Shown: piece by piece, positions 35,135-49,159 of the stretch
Numbering within the stretch: position 1 is the first letter of the stretch
How the letters are laid out: each line of letters opens with the position of its first letter
Assembly: GCF_963506605.1 (NCBI RefSeq)
Contig: NC_083277.1
Coordinates: 67,952,001-68,016,000, forward strand
Direction: 5' to 3'
DNA length: 64,000 nucleotides
From: Zootoca vivipara
Taxonomy: Eukaryota
Notes under the pieces: generated by a model
Seen by the model: the letters and a program-made list of their open reading frames with translations, nothing else
Database searches by the model: none
Told to the model about the DNA's origin: nothing
Translations under genes and position numbers: made by a program

Positions 35135-38100
35135 GTTTAAAGCAATTACTTTATTAATAAATATACATCCATATGATGACGTAAATACAGATCATGAACA
35201 CTACTCCATTCCCATACAGACAATTGCACACGAGTAGCTGAAGTTCATGGACATAAGAACATACACAGTATCTAATCAGACTTTTTACAGCAGAAGACAG
35301 GGTGATAATTAATGAGCAACCGTTTCCACCAAAATAACCCATCCCATCAGAAAAGCAAACAGTGGAAGATGAGAATCTTAAAATGGCCCATTTAAGCAGA
35401 TTTCTGAAAATTTCATAAAATTACTATAACTTTCAAGATGAAATAGATTACACATCGCAGAACCTAGATTTATCTATCTGGGGGGAAATCAGAAGGAAAG
35501 GCCGCCATAGTATTTTATTACATGTATAATAATGTTTGAACTATGTTAAATATATGTATAATAATAAAACATAATGTGAATATAAGTGGAATCCAAGAAC
35601 TTTGATTACAAGAAACTGTTTTGTATTTAACAAATTGATTGATGCTGCTCTATACATACAGTAATAAAAACCAAAATGACAACTTAGGAAATAGCTGTAA
35701 AGTTATCTCTACTACTACTCTGTCTTTCAAAAGAAGGCAAAAGTTAATGCTCTGATATTAACTGCCTTCTGCATTGTAGATCAGGGAATATCTCATCCCT
35801 TATGCATTATCCTGACTTGCTGGGTTTGTCCTAAGACCAAAAACAACTTCAAAACATAATTGAAATGGATCACTGTAAAACAAAAATGCCAGATGAGTCC
35901 TGATCAGGAAGTTCTATCCTCAAAACCTGCAAAACATGAAAGAACCTGGATGCATTTAAGAAAATTACGGTACCTGTCTTTTAAAAAAAATGCCACCTTC
36001 ACAATAGCTAGCCCCTAATTAAACTTACAGCAGTGTGTGTGTAAAGATTTTGAAAATATCCAGTGCAAGACTTCAAAAATAGAAGTAAAATTATTTGGTT
36101 CTACGGTTTAAGTAAATTTCACCAGAAAGTGAACAGCAATTTCTGTAAGTGTTTAAAATAGCGGCTGTAGTATAGATCTCTCTTAATGCTAATTGCTTTA
36201 TCAAAAGGTGAAAAAGGCTATTTTTAAATCAAAAGAAAAGTGAACACGTTTGACATGTAGATTTTTTGAACAGTGCCAATACACATCAACAATCCTAGCT
36301 TATGAAGAGCAGAATTAATGTATATAATATAAAATTATCAATTTGCTTTACAAATTATGTATTAATACTACAAGGAGAAAGGGACATTCCTCCTCCCCCT
36401 CTCCAATAATATCAAAGTATAGGAATTAACATGCTGTTTCAGTGTTTGTCATGACAAGAGACAGTGTTACAAAAAAAGAAAAACACAATGTATTCTGGAG
36501 ATTATATACAGGAGTAGCAAAAATATTTGAATATACCATTCAAACATCTCAAGTTCTTGACTTCTGTTTCCCCCCACAGCATGGCACTTGTAAACCGCAG
36601 TAGAGGATAAAATGAACTGGAATCAAGAAATGCCCAACAGTGTTTTTCTGGCCTCATTAACAAATCCAGGCGTTAAACTGCCCTTTAGAGAAATGAAAGA
36701 GGGTTTTTCTGCCCCCCCTCCCAACTTACAATATTAAGTTATTTTAATGGGTAAGTTTTCCATAGGATATAATTAATAAGCACTATAAATGAACATAAAT
36801 TGCTTAGATGAGTTCATTATTTTCTCAGCATACGCGAATACAAAATTCATTATACTAGAGCAATAATGCATCTGCGTTGTCTCCCCCCACACTGCACGAC
36901 ACCATTGAGGAGATGCACACGTGAGAAATAAAAGGGTAACTTTAAAAAACAGGAGGAGGTAAGTAGAGTTACTCAAAGGTACATTGGTGACATGCAACTT
37001 GCTCCTTGCCAGGAAGGTGTGCCGTTCTTGTAGTTTTTACATTCAGCTGCTTTCCTAGAGAGAGTTCAGAAAGGGTCTGAAGCAGCCTCTGGGTTGGAAA
37101 AAAAACACACCATCTAACAAAACAGCCAACACAATATATGTCCTGAGGGTGAACTAGCTCACATTAGCACTGTGTGTGTCAGAAGTTGCACCACTGTGGG
37201 GAAAATTAATAAGAGTTTCATATTCCGAAGTTTCTTGAGGAAATATATAATGGACTTCATAGCTTCAGCAAAAAATTATTTTACCAGCATTTAGCTGCCA
37301 TTTGTTTAATGACTAAAGAGCCTTCCAGTACTGTTGAGGTTCAAGGTTGCCAGTGCATACAAAGTCCCCCCAAAACAATTCAACACACCTATTATAAAAT
37401 ACAGGATAAAGTCCAGCTCATTATGAGTTAGGCATCACTGGAACACCTGAAGGCTTGCTGCTTTTTTCCTGATAAAAAAGGCATGAAATGACATCCATTT
37501 CTTAAGTTGTCATTACTAAAATCAGAGTTGTCATCAAAATGTCAGCAGGCCACAATATTTATCTTACAAAGGAAAAGAATCAATACTGTTCATTTTCATC
37601 TCTCTAATTAACCTGAAAGAAGTCTGTCCCCATGAATTTGCAAATATTTATCTATAACCTCTCTCTTGCGTATTTGAAGATACAAATTTAAAATTTTAAT
37701 CTATAACTATATGTAAACTTATTTTCAGAATAGCTTTAGTTCTAAAGAAATATTTGGAATATATTCAATATTGAGAGTTTATTCAGTTACAACGTAATGT
37801 GTGTATTATACATTGTCTCTCTCTCACACATACACATTTTAAAAAATAACAACACATACCCAATTCAATGCAGAACGTTTATTTTAGGTGCACAAAATGT
37901 CAAAATGTATGTATAGTTCTGCACCTCCATGCATAGATGTATTCCAATAGTTTGTTATATATTTGGGGTCTATAAACACATCAAATTGCAACTTGCTTGT
38001 GCATCAACTGTATCATTTCCAATTATGATCCATGAAATGTCATCCTTTGGTAGATATACGCCCTCTTAGCTACAGTATGTGTGATAAATAAGACTTCCAC

Positions 38101-39174
38101 TGGCAAAATTATTAAACATGACAAGATTACCGATATCTATCTGAAAGGTATAATTTTCAACCACACCAAATATTTGAAATCCTAAAAAATTGCTGCCATC
38201 TATGCAGATATTGCAGTCACTTAAAATGTGTAATTTATTGACAGATCTGAGAACACAGGGCAAATCTCACATATATCTGTGTATGCCAAATGTCACTAAA
38301 ATGGACTGGATTTATGAGCACACAAATGTGCAGAATCTCAGCCACAACTTTTACTACACCTGTACATTATTTGCATATTTGATAGCACTTTTTAGAAGTT
38401 AAATTATAAAATATTTCAAATATTTAATTCTTTTTGATTTGGTATGTGTAGTCTTAGGCTTTTATAAATTGTAAGTCAGTGTCCAACAGTTAGCATATGC
38501 AGGAGAGCTACCATACTTTAATGGAAAAATAGCACTTTGGATATATATCAGGTGCTACACAGTATTTTTTTTAATGTTTGGATTACTTGAAACTGATAGC
38601 ACTTTAATGCAATGACTGCCTGGAATGACCACTTTTTAAAAAATATAGTTTTGAAATTTTGAAGTATCTACAAATATTGAGGTCCGTGTTAAGTTCCAGC
38701 CATTGTGGAAAATTTAGTTCTTTTTCTACTTTCTCCTATTAACAAAAAGAAAAAGAAAAAAGAGACACATACACTGCAAACTTTTCAGAACTATTCCTGG
38801 TTAAGCTGTCCTGAATAATTGGTTTCTATTAATTTATTCTGGTTACTTGTTGACCAAGTCTTTAATTTGACTATAAATAATCTAGGATGCAGAATTCTGC
38901 TAGTTGATTTGCTAACCACATAACTAAAATGGCCAGACAATAACTTTGACACTTAGAATATTAGTAATTATTTTCTGGAAATAGACAAGGGCACCATTGA
39001 GGAGTCCACTTGTAAATGTAAGAAACATTAAGTGATTATGATATGACATCTTTAGAAAAATAAAATGTAGGAAAGTAAGTTATGGAAACGTTACAAAAGA
39101 AGTGAAAAAAACATGCCACAACTCAGATAATTTAAAAAGAATTACTGAGGAAATGTTACTTAATTCCTCGTTTC
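35135..39174 (-). other. C5orf24: Probable long (~4 kb) C5orf24 3' UTR; AATAAA at 35155-35150
   Basis: AT-rich stretch with no recognisable TE from the stop codon to a minus-strand AATAAA. End point inferred. Confidence 0.55.
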
Positions 39175-39744
<570 letters not shown>

Positions 39745-41590
39745 CTACCAAGAGAGAGAGAGAGAGAGAAAGAGAGAGGGAGAGATGTAAAAAAATAAGG
39801 TAGCATTCAGCAGGGAAATATTTACAATGCCCTCCAAAATTAGACGAATCAGCACAGGGCACAAACCAACATCTAAACAAGACATCTTGAGTATCAACAG
39901 ACTCATTAATCAAATACTACTCCAAAACACTATCAATATACTACAGCATGGGTTTCTGCTAATTTTACATTTTTGCATTAATCATTGATTTAGCACAAAT
40001 AAATCTTACACAGAGTTTCAGCACTGCACTGATTGGTGCTTTAAAAAAATCACAGTGAACCCAAAGTTTCTTTTTAAATTAATTTTTATTGGTTTCATAA
40101 TGATAAAACTTACAGAAGCATAAAAAATGATGTTTCAGAGGCTATTATGTATAGATAGATTAGGGTTCCACTGACTGTATTTTTTCATATTCTTCTTCTT
40201 AGTTCTTTTCAGGTATATCTGACATGACCAAAAATTGAAAAAGCCATTCCAGTAGGTGTATGCTGACATTTTATTTTATTTCTATTTCTTAAATTTGTAT
40301 ACTGCCCTTCATCTGAAGATCACGGGCAGTTCACAACATAAAGATACAAAATGAGAACACATAATACATAATAAAAACAAGAACAAGAATAAACCAATAA
40401 TCTCCCTTCCAACAAACACATTTAAAAGGACATAGACATTTTATTGTGGTACTCCATTGTTTAACATGTGTGTGTGCGTGAATATAAATAATAAAATTAA
40501 ACCGTTCCAAAAATAATTTGTCTCCCCACTTCCCCACCCCCATGCTCAGCTTATGTTAGCTTCTCTGACAAAATACTTCACATTTTGCATACTCTCTTGT
40601 GGCTCCTTTTATAGTCTTTTTTCAAAAGCAGACTGTCAATAGTAGATACAAAATCAGAGCCTTACTTTTAATATCTGTGTCATTTTAGAAGCACTATTCA
40701 GAAGTGCTAACTAGGAATCAATATTTATTTATTTATTTAAAATGTATTTATTAAAGATTTTAAAACAACAAAAACATACAAAATACAAAACACAAAAAGA
40801 AAATACAAAACACAAAAAATACAAAAAATTTAAAAACAAAAATTCTAACTTATAACCCTTATTTCTAATCTATTGGCTTCCTCATTCCTCCTCCTTCTGC
40901 GATTCTTTACATATCATCTGTAGTAAACTCTAAATCTTATATAATTTCTAATTATTAATTTAATATTACCTTATTTCTCTATCTTTTACATCTTATCCTT
41001 TTATATTCTATCTATATCTTACTTCTTAATTAAATTATCATTAACTTCTAACAATACCTATTTCACACAACCTCTATTTTATCTCCCTTACCTGGGAGTC
41101 AATATTTATTTGTTGCTTTGTGATTAGCTCCTGGAAAAATAAAGACCAGAAAGTGTTTGCACAAATGGTAGCACATTACTTTGGCCACACAGCCTTGCCA
41201 TAAATTGAGGGTAACGGTTTTAATACAGTTTATATTGTGCATCTGGAAACTGATTTTAAGAGTAGAATGTCTGCAGTGAATTCTGGACTGCTGCGATTTC
41301 TCTGCCACAATCAATTTCCAACATGTAATCTGGCCTTCAAAGTGGTGTTGAAATACAGTGTCTTAACAAGAGGTCATCCAATTAGGAAACAATTATCAAC
41401 CATTTGAAGCACAAGCCCTTTTATTATTACCTTGTCAATGTGACCATTTAGGATCATCTATCCTCAAAGTGTCATGGAGCTCACTGGAGTCCGCACTGTC
41501 TGTGGAGGATTTCTCCACTAACCTCAGCAGCAGCTATGCCAGTGTCTTTGTTGTAATGTAGATTGATCAAGGCCACTTATATACTGGCTT

Positions 41591-41860
41591 GACAGGGTGA
41601 GCTCCCGTTGCTCGGTCCCAGCTCCTGCCAACCAAGCAGTTCAAAAGCACGTCAAAGTGCAAGTAGATAAATAGGTACTGCTACAGTGGGAAGCTAAATG
41701 GAGTTTCCGTGTGCTGCTCTGGTTCGCCAGAAGCGGCTTTGTCATGCTGGCCACATGACTTGGAAGTTGTATGGCTCCCTTGGCCAATAATGCGAAATGA
41801 GCGCCGCAACCCCAGAGTCGGTCATGACTGGACCTAATGGCCAGAGGTCCCTTTACCTTT
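41591..41860 (+). mobile_element. Sauria SINE, 5'-truncated
   Basis: Body and ACCTTT tail match the other copies. Confidence 0.85.
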
Positions 41861-41989
41861 AGATAGCTTCTCATGTGGTGCTGTACAACAAGCTTCCTAT
41901 GCTGAAATGAGTTCAAAGTAAGGAGTTGCACGAATCCCATATGCACCTGGTCATTCAGTATACCTGAAGTAGCGGTCTCCACCCCCATA

Positions 41990-42300
41990 ATTCACCTCAG
42001 ACATTGAGGTCCAGCACCAAGGGCCTTCTGGCAGTTCCCTCCCTGCAAGAAGTGAGGTTACAGGGAACCAGGCAGAGGGCCTTCTCGGTAGTGGCACCCA
42101 CCCTGTGGAACGTCCTCCAACCGGATGTCAAGGAAATAAACAACTATCTGACTTTTAGAAGACATCTGAAGGCAGCCCTGTTTAGGGAAGTTTTTAATGT
42201 TTGAAGCTTTCTTTTGTTTTTAGTGTTTTGTTGGGAGCTGCCCAGAAACCCATCCAGATGGGCGGGGTATAAATAAAATAAACAAACAAACAAACAAACA
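41990..42300 (+). mobile_element. L2 LINE 3' end with tail
   Basis: RAFSVVAPTLWN motif; GGGCGGGGTATAAAT(AAAC)n end. Confidence 0.8.
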
Positions 42301-45300
42301 ATACATGCTGTGTAATACACACCATAGGAAGCTGGCATCTATCAATGCTTCCTGCCAAGTATATACATGACAAAGCAGAATGTATGTATTATAAATACAT
42401 ATTATATATAACTTCCAAGTAGGGAATTTGTCTTGCATGCAGTCATGGTGTACAGCAGGCACACTTCCAATGTTTTACTTTTAGCCAGAAGCATGTGAGG
42501 ACACCATGTATATTCCATCATCATCACCACCATTATTATTTACTTTAATAATTTAATGCCACTTAAAACATTGAATTATGGGTGGTTCACAAAAATGATA
42601 AAATAAAATGTAACAAAAATATATAACAACTTGCTATTAAATATCCAGAAAAAATAATGAAATCAAGTTACTGAAAAAATTCACAACACTCAAGAGTGGT
42701 TTAGTATAAAACACTTTATTTCACAGTGTTTGTTTTGGTGCTGGTTGCTAAGGGCAACACATAGTCCTAGAATGGCCATAAAGAAGGTGCCAGTTGATCC
42801 TCTCTAGGAAGGGCATTGAACAGTTGAGGAGCCAGCACAAAAAACACCTGGTAGCCACTGTCTTACTTCACTTGGCAAGGGCAACTGAAGCAGGCCTCTG
42901 AAGGGGATCTCACTGTTCAGATAGGTGTATGTGAGAAAATGTGATCTTTCAGTTATCCTGCTCCAAAGCAATTAAAGACTTTAAAGATTAAAATCAGTGC
43001 TTTGAACTAGGTCCTCACATAGGACTAGGGGATGATGCAATTATTCTACTATTCTTTGTGGATAAACAATTAATTGTTGCAGGGACAAACGGGGGAAAGA
43101 GATGGATACAGGAGAAAGTTATACAGGCTATTAATAGAAGGAAAGGTGTATATGCAACGTCCTCTAGTTAAAAATATCCCAAACAATGAAAATGTTAGAT
43201 TGGCTTTATGCTACTATTTGCTTTATGCTACTGATAAGAAGCAGCAGTGAATCAGGTTCAGTATCTTGAATTGAACATTAATTTAACAAAGTGGCAGGCC
43301 ATACATGATTAAATAAAGAAGCTACAATGTTTAATCAGTTTTAACAACTTTTACAGTGCAATCTTTTATGTCATATCTTATTAATATATTATTTTCCCCA
43401 CTTAATTCATTTATTTGGAAGGAAACTGCAAATAAGTCAATGGGACTTACTTCCAAGTACCGTAGGTACATATAGGATTGCACTGTTAGTTGGCCGAAGA
43501 AGTTACCTGGATTAATCAAACAGCATATCTTTAAGCAAAATATTTTATAAAAGTCATAAAACTGCAAATAACAAGTACTTTAAAAGGTGTTCCCCCTTTC
43601 AAGTAACATAGGAATGTCTCTTATAAAGTACACATATGTGAGTATGCACTAACAACACAGAAATTACTCATCTTGTTTCCATTCTATTGTTTTTACCTTA
43701 TGCAAGTGTACTCTGTTAACTGACAAAGACTCGTACAATTAATGAATTGTTATCTCTTTAATCCGGTAACAACTCTATTATCAATCCTAAAATTGTTATC
43801 TGGTCAAGGATAGAACTCTTCCACCTTGTCACAGTAAGTTTGTACCGGTATGCTGCTATTTGCAGTTCCTGTAGCAAAGAGCAGAACAGGCATTATTATA
43901 AAACAATTATAACATCTAGTATCCTGCCTTTCTTCCATTACTCAGAGAGGAGGATACAGGTTATTTTCTATCCGGGCACTGATCAGAGCCAGAGGGTGCT
44001 ACCCCATGTGGCCACAAAACATGTCTTAGGTCAGGAATGGAAAGTCTTTGGCCCTTCAAGAGCATGGACTGCAATTCCCATCATTCCTGTTCATTCAGGA
44101 GAGAGATTGATGAAAATGGTTCCCACCAAAGAAGTCCGGTGCATAAGCACCCCAGGAGCCTGCTGTGTTCTCACAGGAACTCCTCTAATAGAGAGAGTAT
44201 TTGTGCAAGCAGATATCTTCTGGCCTAATCAACTTCACTCCTAATTGGGGGGGATGACAGTTGGCATGCTGCATTTCTGGCTTTTACCATTAAACAAAAA
44301 ACATTGCAACTGGAATTCTCATGTTGTAATGGGTATTGAAGATAAAATCAGTCTGATGTACATTCTTAGGCAAATTTAATAGCTTTCACTGGGATCTTGA
44401 CATATGCTCAAATGTCTAATTCTATCCTCCAAATAAAAATCTGAAGATGCAAATGAAGACACTATCAATAGCAGAAGAACTCTGAAACATGCTAGAGACT
44501 GTACTTTACCATGCTCTTCACTAGTTTTGCAAAGACTGTGCTGAAACATAAGATGTTCAACAAACTTTCTTATATCTGCATGAATAGAAAGACTTCTCCT
44601 AAACATCTACCATAAAATTAACATCTAACCTTAAAATATGTACAAGCTAAATCCATGACAATAATAATAGTGCAATCAAAAGTGAACTACACAAGAATTT
44701 GGGACCTACTTCCAGATAAGTGTGTATAGGATTGCAGCCTAAGGGAGCAACCCTACCTCTGGATGGAAAACAGCAGGGCAAAATGGATTGATAGAACCAC
44801 TGGTGTCTCCAAAGCCCTCCTAATTGCATCGGCTAGATTGAAAGATGGGGAGATTGAAATCACAATTTTTGCTGCAGACTGGTGCAGCAGAAACGCCCAA
44901 TTTGGACCCCTCTCTGCGAAGTGGACCAGCTTAGGATACAGAGGATCCTTGTTACTCCAGTTCCACCCCAAACACCTCCAGCAGATCAATCACCAATAAT
45001 ACATTTGCATCTGCCATCCCTCCTATGCTGCAGTGAGATACTCTGTAGCACCAGAAGTACCAGATACCCTGCAAGTGTAGACAACAGTGTACGGGAATAT
45101 GTGTTGGCTCCTACTCCCATCCAGATATACAGATTGGGGTTAGGATTGCATTTTAAATGTTTACAAGCATAAACTTAGATCCCATAAAACAATTCTAAAG
45201 CACACACTAATGCTATACATGTAATGGTCTAAATGAGATGCACTTAAGCAGCAGGTCTTAATACATGTGGGTAGCACTAATCAAAATAATATTTAAGTAA

Positions 45301-45497
45301 CTAGCAATGCAAATATTTATCAATCCCATATATTAAAGGTATGCTTACACATATGTACAAAATACAGAGACAGGTAGAACTTTTCATTAAACATGTACTG
45401 TAGTTGGTTAGATATAAACAAGAAATCACACACAAAGAGAACAGCCCAAAGTGTCTTTGTTAACTAATAGGACACTTAACAAGACAAATTCTAGAGA

Positions 45498-45759
45498 AGC
45501 AAAATAAAAAAATTCCTTCAGTAGCACCTTAAAGACCAACTAAGTTTATATTTTGGTATGAGCTTTCGTGTGCATACACACTTCTTCTCACTGCAGCATA
45601 GGAGGGATGGCAGATGCAAATGTATTATTGGTATCTGAAGAAGTGTGTATGCACACGAAAGCTCATACCAAAATATAAACTTAGTTGGTCTTTAAGGTGC
45701 TACTGAAGGAATTTTTTTATTTTGCTTCGACTCAGACCAACACGGCTACCTACCTGTAA
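45498..45759. mobile_element. Penelope-like element terminal repeats in inverted arrangement, with minimal hammerhead motif
   Basis: ~90-bp perfect inverted arms; GGTAT-CTGAAGA-A-GTGTG-TATG-CACAC-GAAA-GCTC-ATACC at 45630-45669; 14-bp flanking direct repeat ACAAATTCTAGAGA. Confidence 0.8.
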
Positions 45760-45958
45760 ACAAATTCTAGAGAGATACTGTTATAAAAAACCACAAAATG
45801 TATATCTTTCCCTGCTACTGAGTGACCATAGCAGTTGAGTCATAGAGGGCAGACTGACAGAAGTTTATCCCTGCTTTCCCCTCCAACCCCATACTGGAGC
45901 ATAATTGTCCTTCCTGGGACATTCATACAGAAGACACAGTCGTTCTGTGTCTGTATTA

Positions 45959-46193
45959 CCCTGTTTCTCATATTTTAAGACATACCCATAAAATAAGCCA
46001 TAGCAGGATTTTTAAGCATTCAAGGAATATAAGCCATACCCCGAAAATAAGACATAGTGATAGGCGCAGCAGCAATGCCGGCCGCGGCAGGAGGAGGAGG
46101 AAAAAAATAAGCCATCCCTTGAAAATAAGCCACAGTGTGTTTTTTTGAGGAAAAAATAAATATAAGACATGTCTTATAATATGAGAAACACGG
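45959..46193. mobile_element. Tc1/mariner-superfamily (Tc2-like) MITE
   Basis: TA flanks; TIR CCCTGTTTCTCATATT / AATATGAGAAACACGG; internal AAATAAG(C/A)CAT repeats. Confidence 0.8.
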
Positions 46194-46549
46194 TAGATGG
46201 TGCCTCATTATCAGCCCTGGAGGAAATTAAATAGGTCTTGGGGCATGGGAATGATAACCTTTTCCCTCATTCCACTTGGGCCAAAAGACTCCGCATCTGC
46301 CTTACTCCGGCTAGTTAAATAAGTTACCCTTTAATATGCTCTCTCACCTACACCCTTTTGTTCACTCTTGGATGATAGGCAGAAGGAGAGGAGAGGAGAG
46401 GCTTCCCTCCGTCCCCCCCCCCCCTAGGTTTTTTAGCATTCAGTTTTTTGTTTCAATTTAGTTATATTGATGTGACGGCACAACCAAGGGTGCCTGTGGC
46501 GATGTTGCAAATTTAGACGGCTTCAACCACCACAAAAAGTCGTAGTTTT

Positions 46550-47620
46550 AATTTTGTGAGGGCCTCTGAAGAGAACAAATGAAATAAGGTGGAGGAAGCG
46601 CCCCGTGCGTGTGCGTGTGTGCGTTGCAGACCAAGCCACCCACCCCCGTCTCGCCTACATGGAGGGGAGGAAAGGGGGGGAGGCTGTCCAGTCTAGTTGA
46701 ACCTATTGCTGCCCCGTCTGGGTGTCTATTCTCTAGGCACCCAGCGAAAAAAGGGTCCCTCAATTCCACCCACCTAATTGTACAATTTGATACAGAAACG
46801 GGGGGGGGGGTAGAGGCGGCGGAGGAAATGGTGCCACCCCACCAAACCCCACGGGCACCCCGGGGTGCAAGGAGGAGGGAGGCACAGGGGTGCTGCCTTC
46901 CGCCGCCCAAGAACTGCGCCCGAAAGGCGTCAGGAGAGAGAAAGGCGCTCTCCTTCCTTCCTTTCTTTGGAGCCAGCTGGGTGAGGCTCCATCTTGCGCG
47001 CCGGAGAACAGGAGAGAAGCGGGCGGCACTCGCAGGCCCGGGGCGGCTCCTACCTGAGGGATTCTTGGCAGGGCTGAGGGGGAGGGGAGGGGACAAGGCG
47101 GCGGCAGTTGGTCGCTCGGTCCGCGAGCTCGACGAGGGTTGTCGTCGTCGTCGGTCGTTGTCGTCTGAAGGACGCGTCGCGGGGCGCTGGGGCCCCTCCC
47201 CGCCGCCGCCGGCTTCCTTCCTCACAGAGAAAGAGAGAGAGAGACCGGCGGGGGAGAAGCTGAGACGACGGAGCGGGCCGCGAGAGCCGGGCCAGAGCAG
47301 CTGCAGGGAGCCGTGGCGGCGACGTGCGCGCTCCTGGTCTGGGCCAACGCGCCGCGGGAACGAGCAGGAGAGGCAGAGGCCGACGGGAGGGGAGGGGGAG
47401 GGGAGGCGGCTGGTCTGTGAGGAGGAGGAGGAGGAGGAAGGGAGCGGCAGGCGGACGCCTCAGAGGAAGGGGCCGCTAGCCGGGGGAGCCGCTCAGGGCC
47501 TGGCTCGGCCGCGGCAGAGGTGCCGCCTGTTCTGAGGCGGAAGAAGAGGAATGAGGGAGAGACGTGGGCCCACAAAGAGCCCCGCAGAGCTTCGAAGGCG
47601 AACCGGTGCGGTATTGTTGT
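46550..47620 (-). promoter_or_regulatory. C5orf24: C5orf24 CpG-island promoter and non-coding first exon (candidate donor CAG|GTAGGA, exon end 47054)
   Basis: Strong CpG island 7 kb upstream of the coding exon, with a good minus-strand donor. Confidence 0.65.
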
Positions 47621-48898
47621 GGCATAAGCTCAACACACACACACACACACACACACCCCACGAAATGTTAGCCCCCATATAAAACACCCCCCCACACACA
47701 CACACCATGAAATGTTAGCCCCCATATAAAAACACACACAGAGAGAGAAATGTAAACAGTGGAGTCGAATTGCAATGAAACGGGAAAAGTGAAGCCCGCG
47801 AGCATTCAGTTGAAAGCTTAAATGACTGCAAAATATAAGCAAGAGGAGAGCCGGTAAGAGGGCTCTCCTAAACCCAGTTGCCAGGGAGAGTAAACACATC
47901 AAACTTGATGGGACTTGCTCCTGCCTAGCCGTGCTTATGGCTGATGCACGCATATAGGAAAATCGCCGCAACTTTCTCTTAAGAAAGTGCTTAGTGCTCT
48001 TTACTGTAAGAATAGTAGTTCTTTCCATGTTAAGCAGCTGCATTAATGTTGAGTAATATTAAAATTCGCTCATGATTAATGTAGGTTTGGATAGAAGGCG
48101 TGCCAAGTTTGGAAACATTTTGGTCACTTGGACTGGACTATTTTCATTTTAGAAAACGGAATGTGCTGCTGGAGGAATAATTTAAGGCAGGTATGCTATC
48201 TAAGGCGGTGAAAGCTCGCCGCAGGAGCGCGTGTGTTAGGGAGGAGGGGTGGGAAGGGGATACTCACAAATGTGAGGGGTGGATTGAGGAGAAAGAGAAG
48301 TGTGAGACCGAAGGTAGAGAAGATGTGGGGGGAGACACGTGGCCAAGAGGGAAGAGATGAGGAACTGAGAGAACAAGAGGTTCTGCTGTCTTCTAACTAA
48401 GGGCGAGTAGTAGTTTAGAATTTACCAGCCATGGCAGCCAAAGCATCTTAATCAGTTGTGGCAACAATGAGTCATGAGCTGTGGAAGCAAAAGCTTTAAA
48501 TGCATTTTTTTTTTAATTTCAGCTGGATCCCCTCAACTTGGGTTTAAGCTGTCATAATGGCAAAAGTTACATGAACATCCAGTGCAAGGCAAGCAAAATT
48601 GAGTTATATCTCTCTGTCCCACATTTCTCAAGCCTCTTCCGATGCTCTTAACATAGTTATGTGCAAGCCCTGACACTGGCTCACTGTTGTCTACAATGAC
48701 AGGCAGTAGTTAAGGATTTCAGACAGGGGATGTGGACCAGCCCTACCTGGTGATGCAAGGGATCGGACCTGGGATCTTGTGCATGTAAAGCAGATGCTCT
48801 ACCACTGAGTTACAGCCCTTCCTTGTAGAAAGATCTAGGATGAGTGTTACCATGATCCTTCTGTTATAACATCAAAGCTGCAATCCTAAACACACTTA

Positions 48899-49159
48899 AA
48901 GGTAAAGGTAAAGAGACCCCTGACCATTAGGTCCAGTCGTGACCGACTCTGGTGTTGCGTGCTCATCTCGCATTATTGGCTGAGGGAGCCGCCGTTTGTC
49001 CGCAGACAGCTTCCGGGTCATGTGGCCAGCACGACTAAACCGCTTCTGGCGAACCAGAGCAGCACACGGAAACGCCATTTACCTTCCCGCCGGAGTGGTA
49101 CCTATTTATCTACTTGCACTTTGCGCTTTCGAACTGCTAGGTTGGCAGGAGCAGTGCAG
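48899..49159 (-). mobile_element. Sauria SINE, 5'-truncated, inserted into an older palindromic repeat
   Basis: TSD AACACACTTA at 48889-48898 and 49160-49169. Confidence 0.85.

Noticed and set aside
46548-47575. Long ORFs (308 aa +, 225 aa -) at the C5orf24 CpG island
   Set aside because: Low-complexity R/G/P/A translations on both strands, as expected from stop-poor GC-rich promoter DNA; no recognisable domain.
47635-47740. Duplicated GAAATGTTAGCCCCCATATAAAA between CA tracts
   Set aside because: Microsatellite-mediated slippage duplication; no evidence of function.
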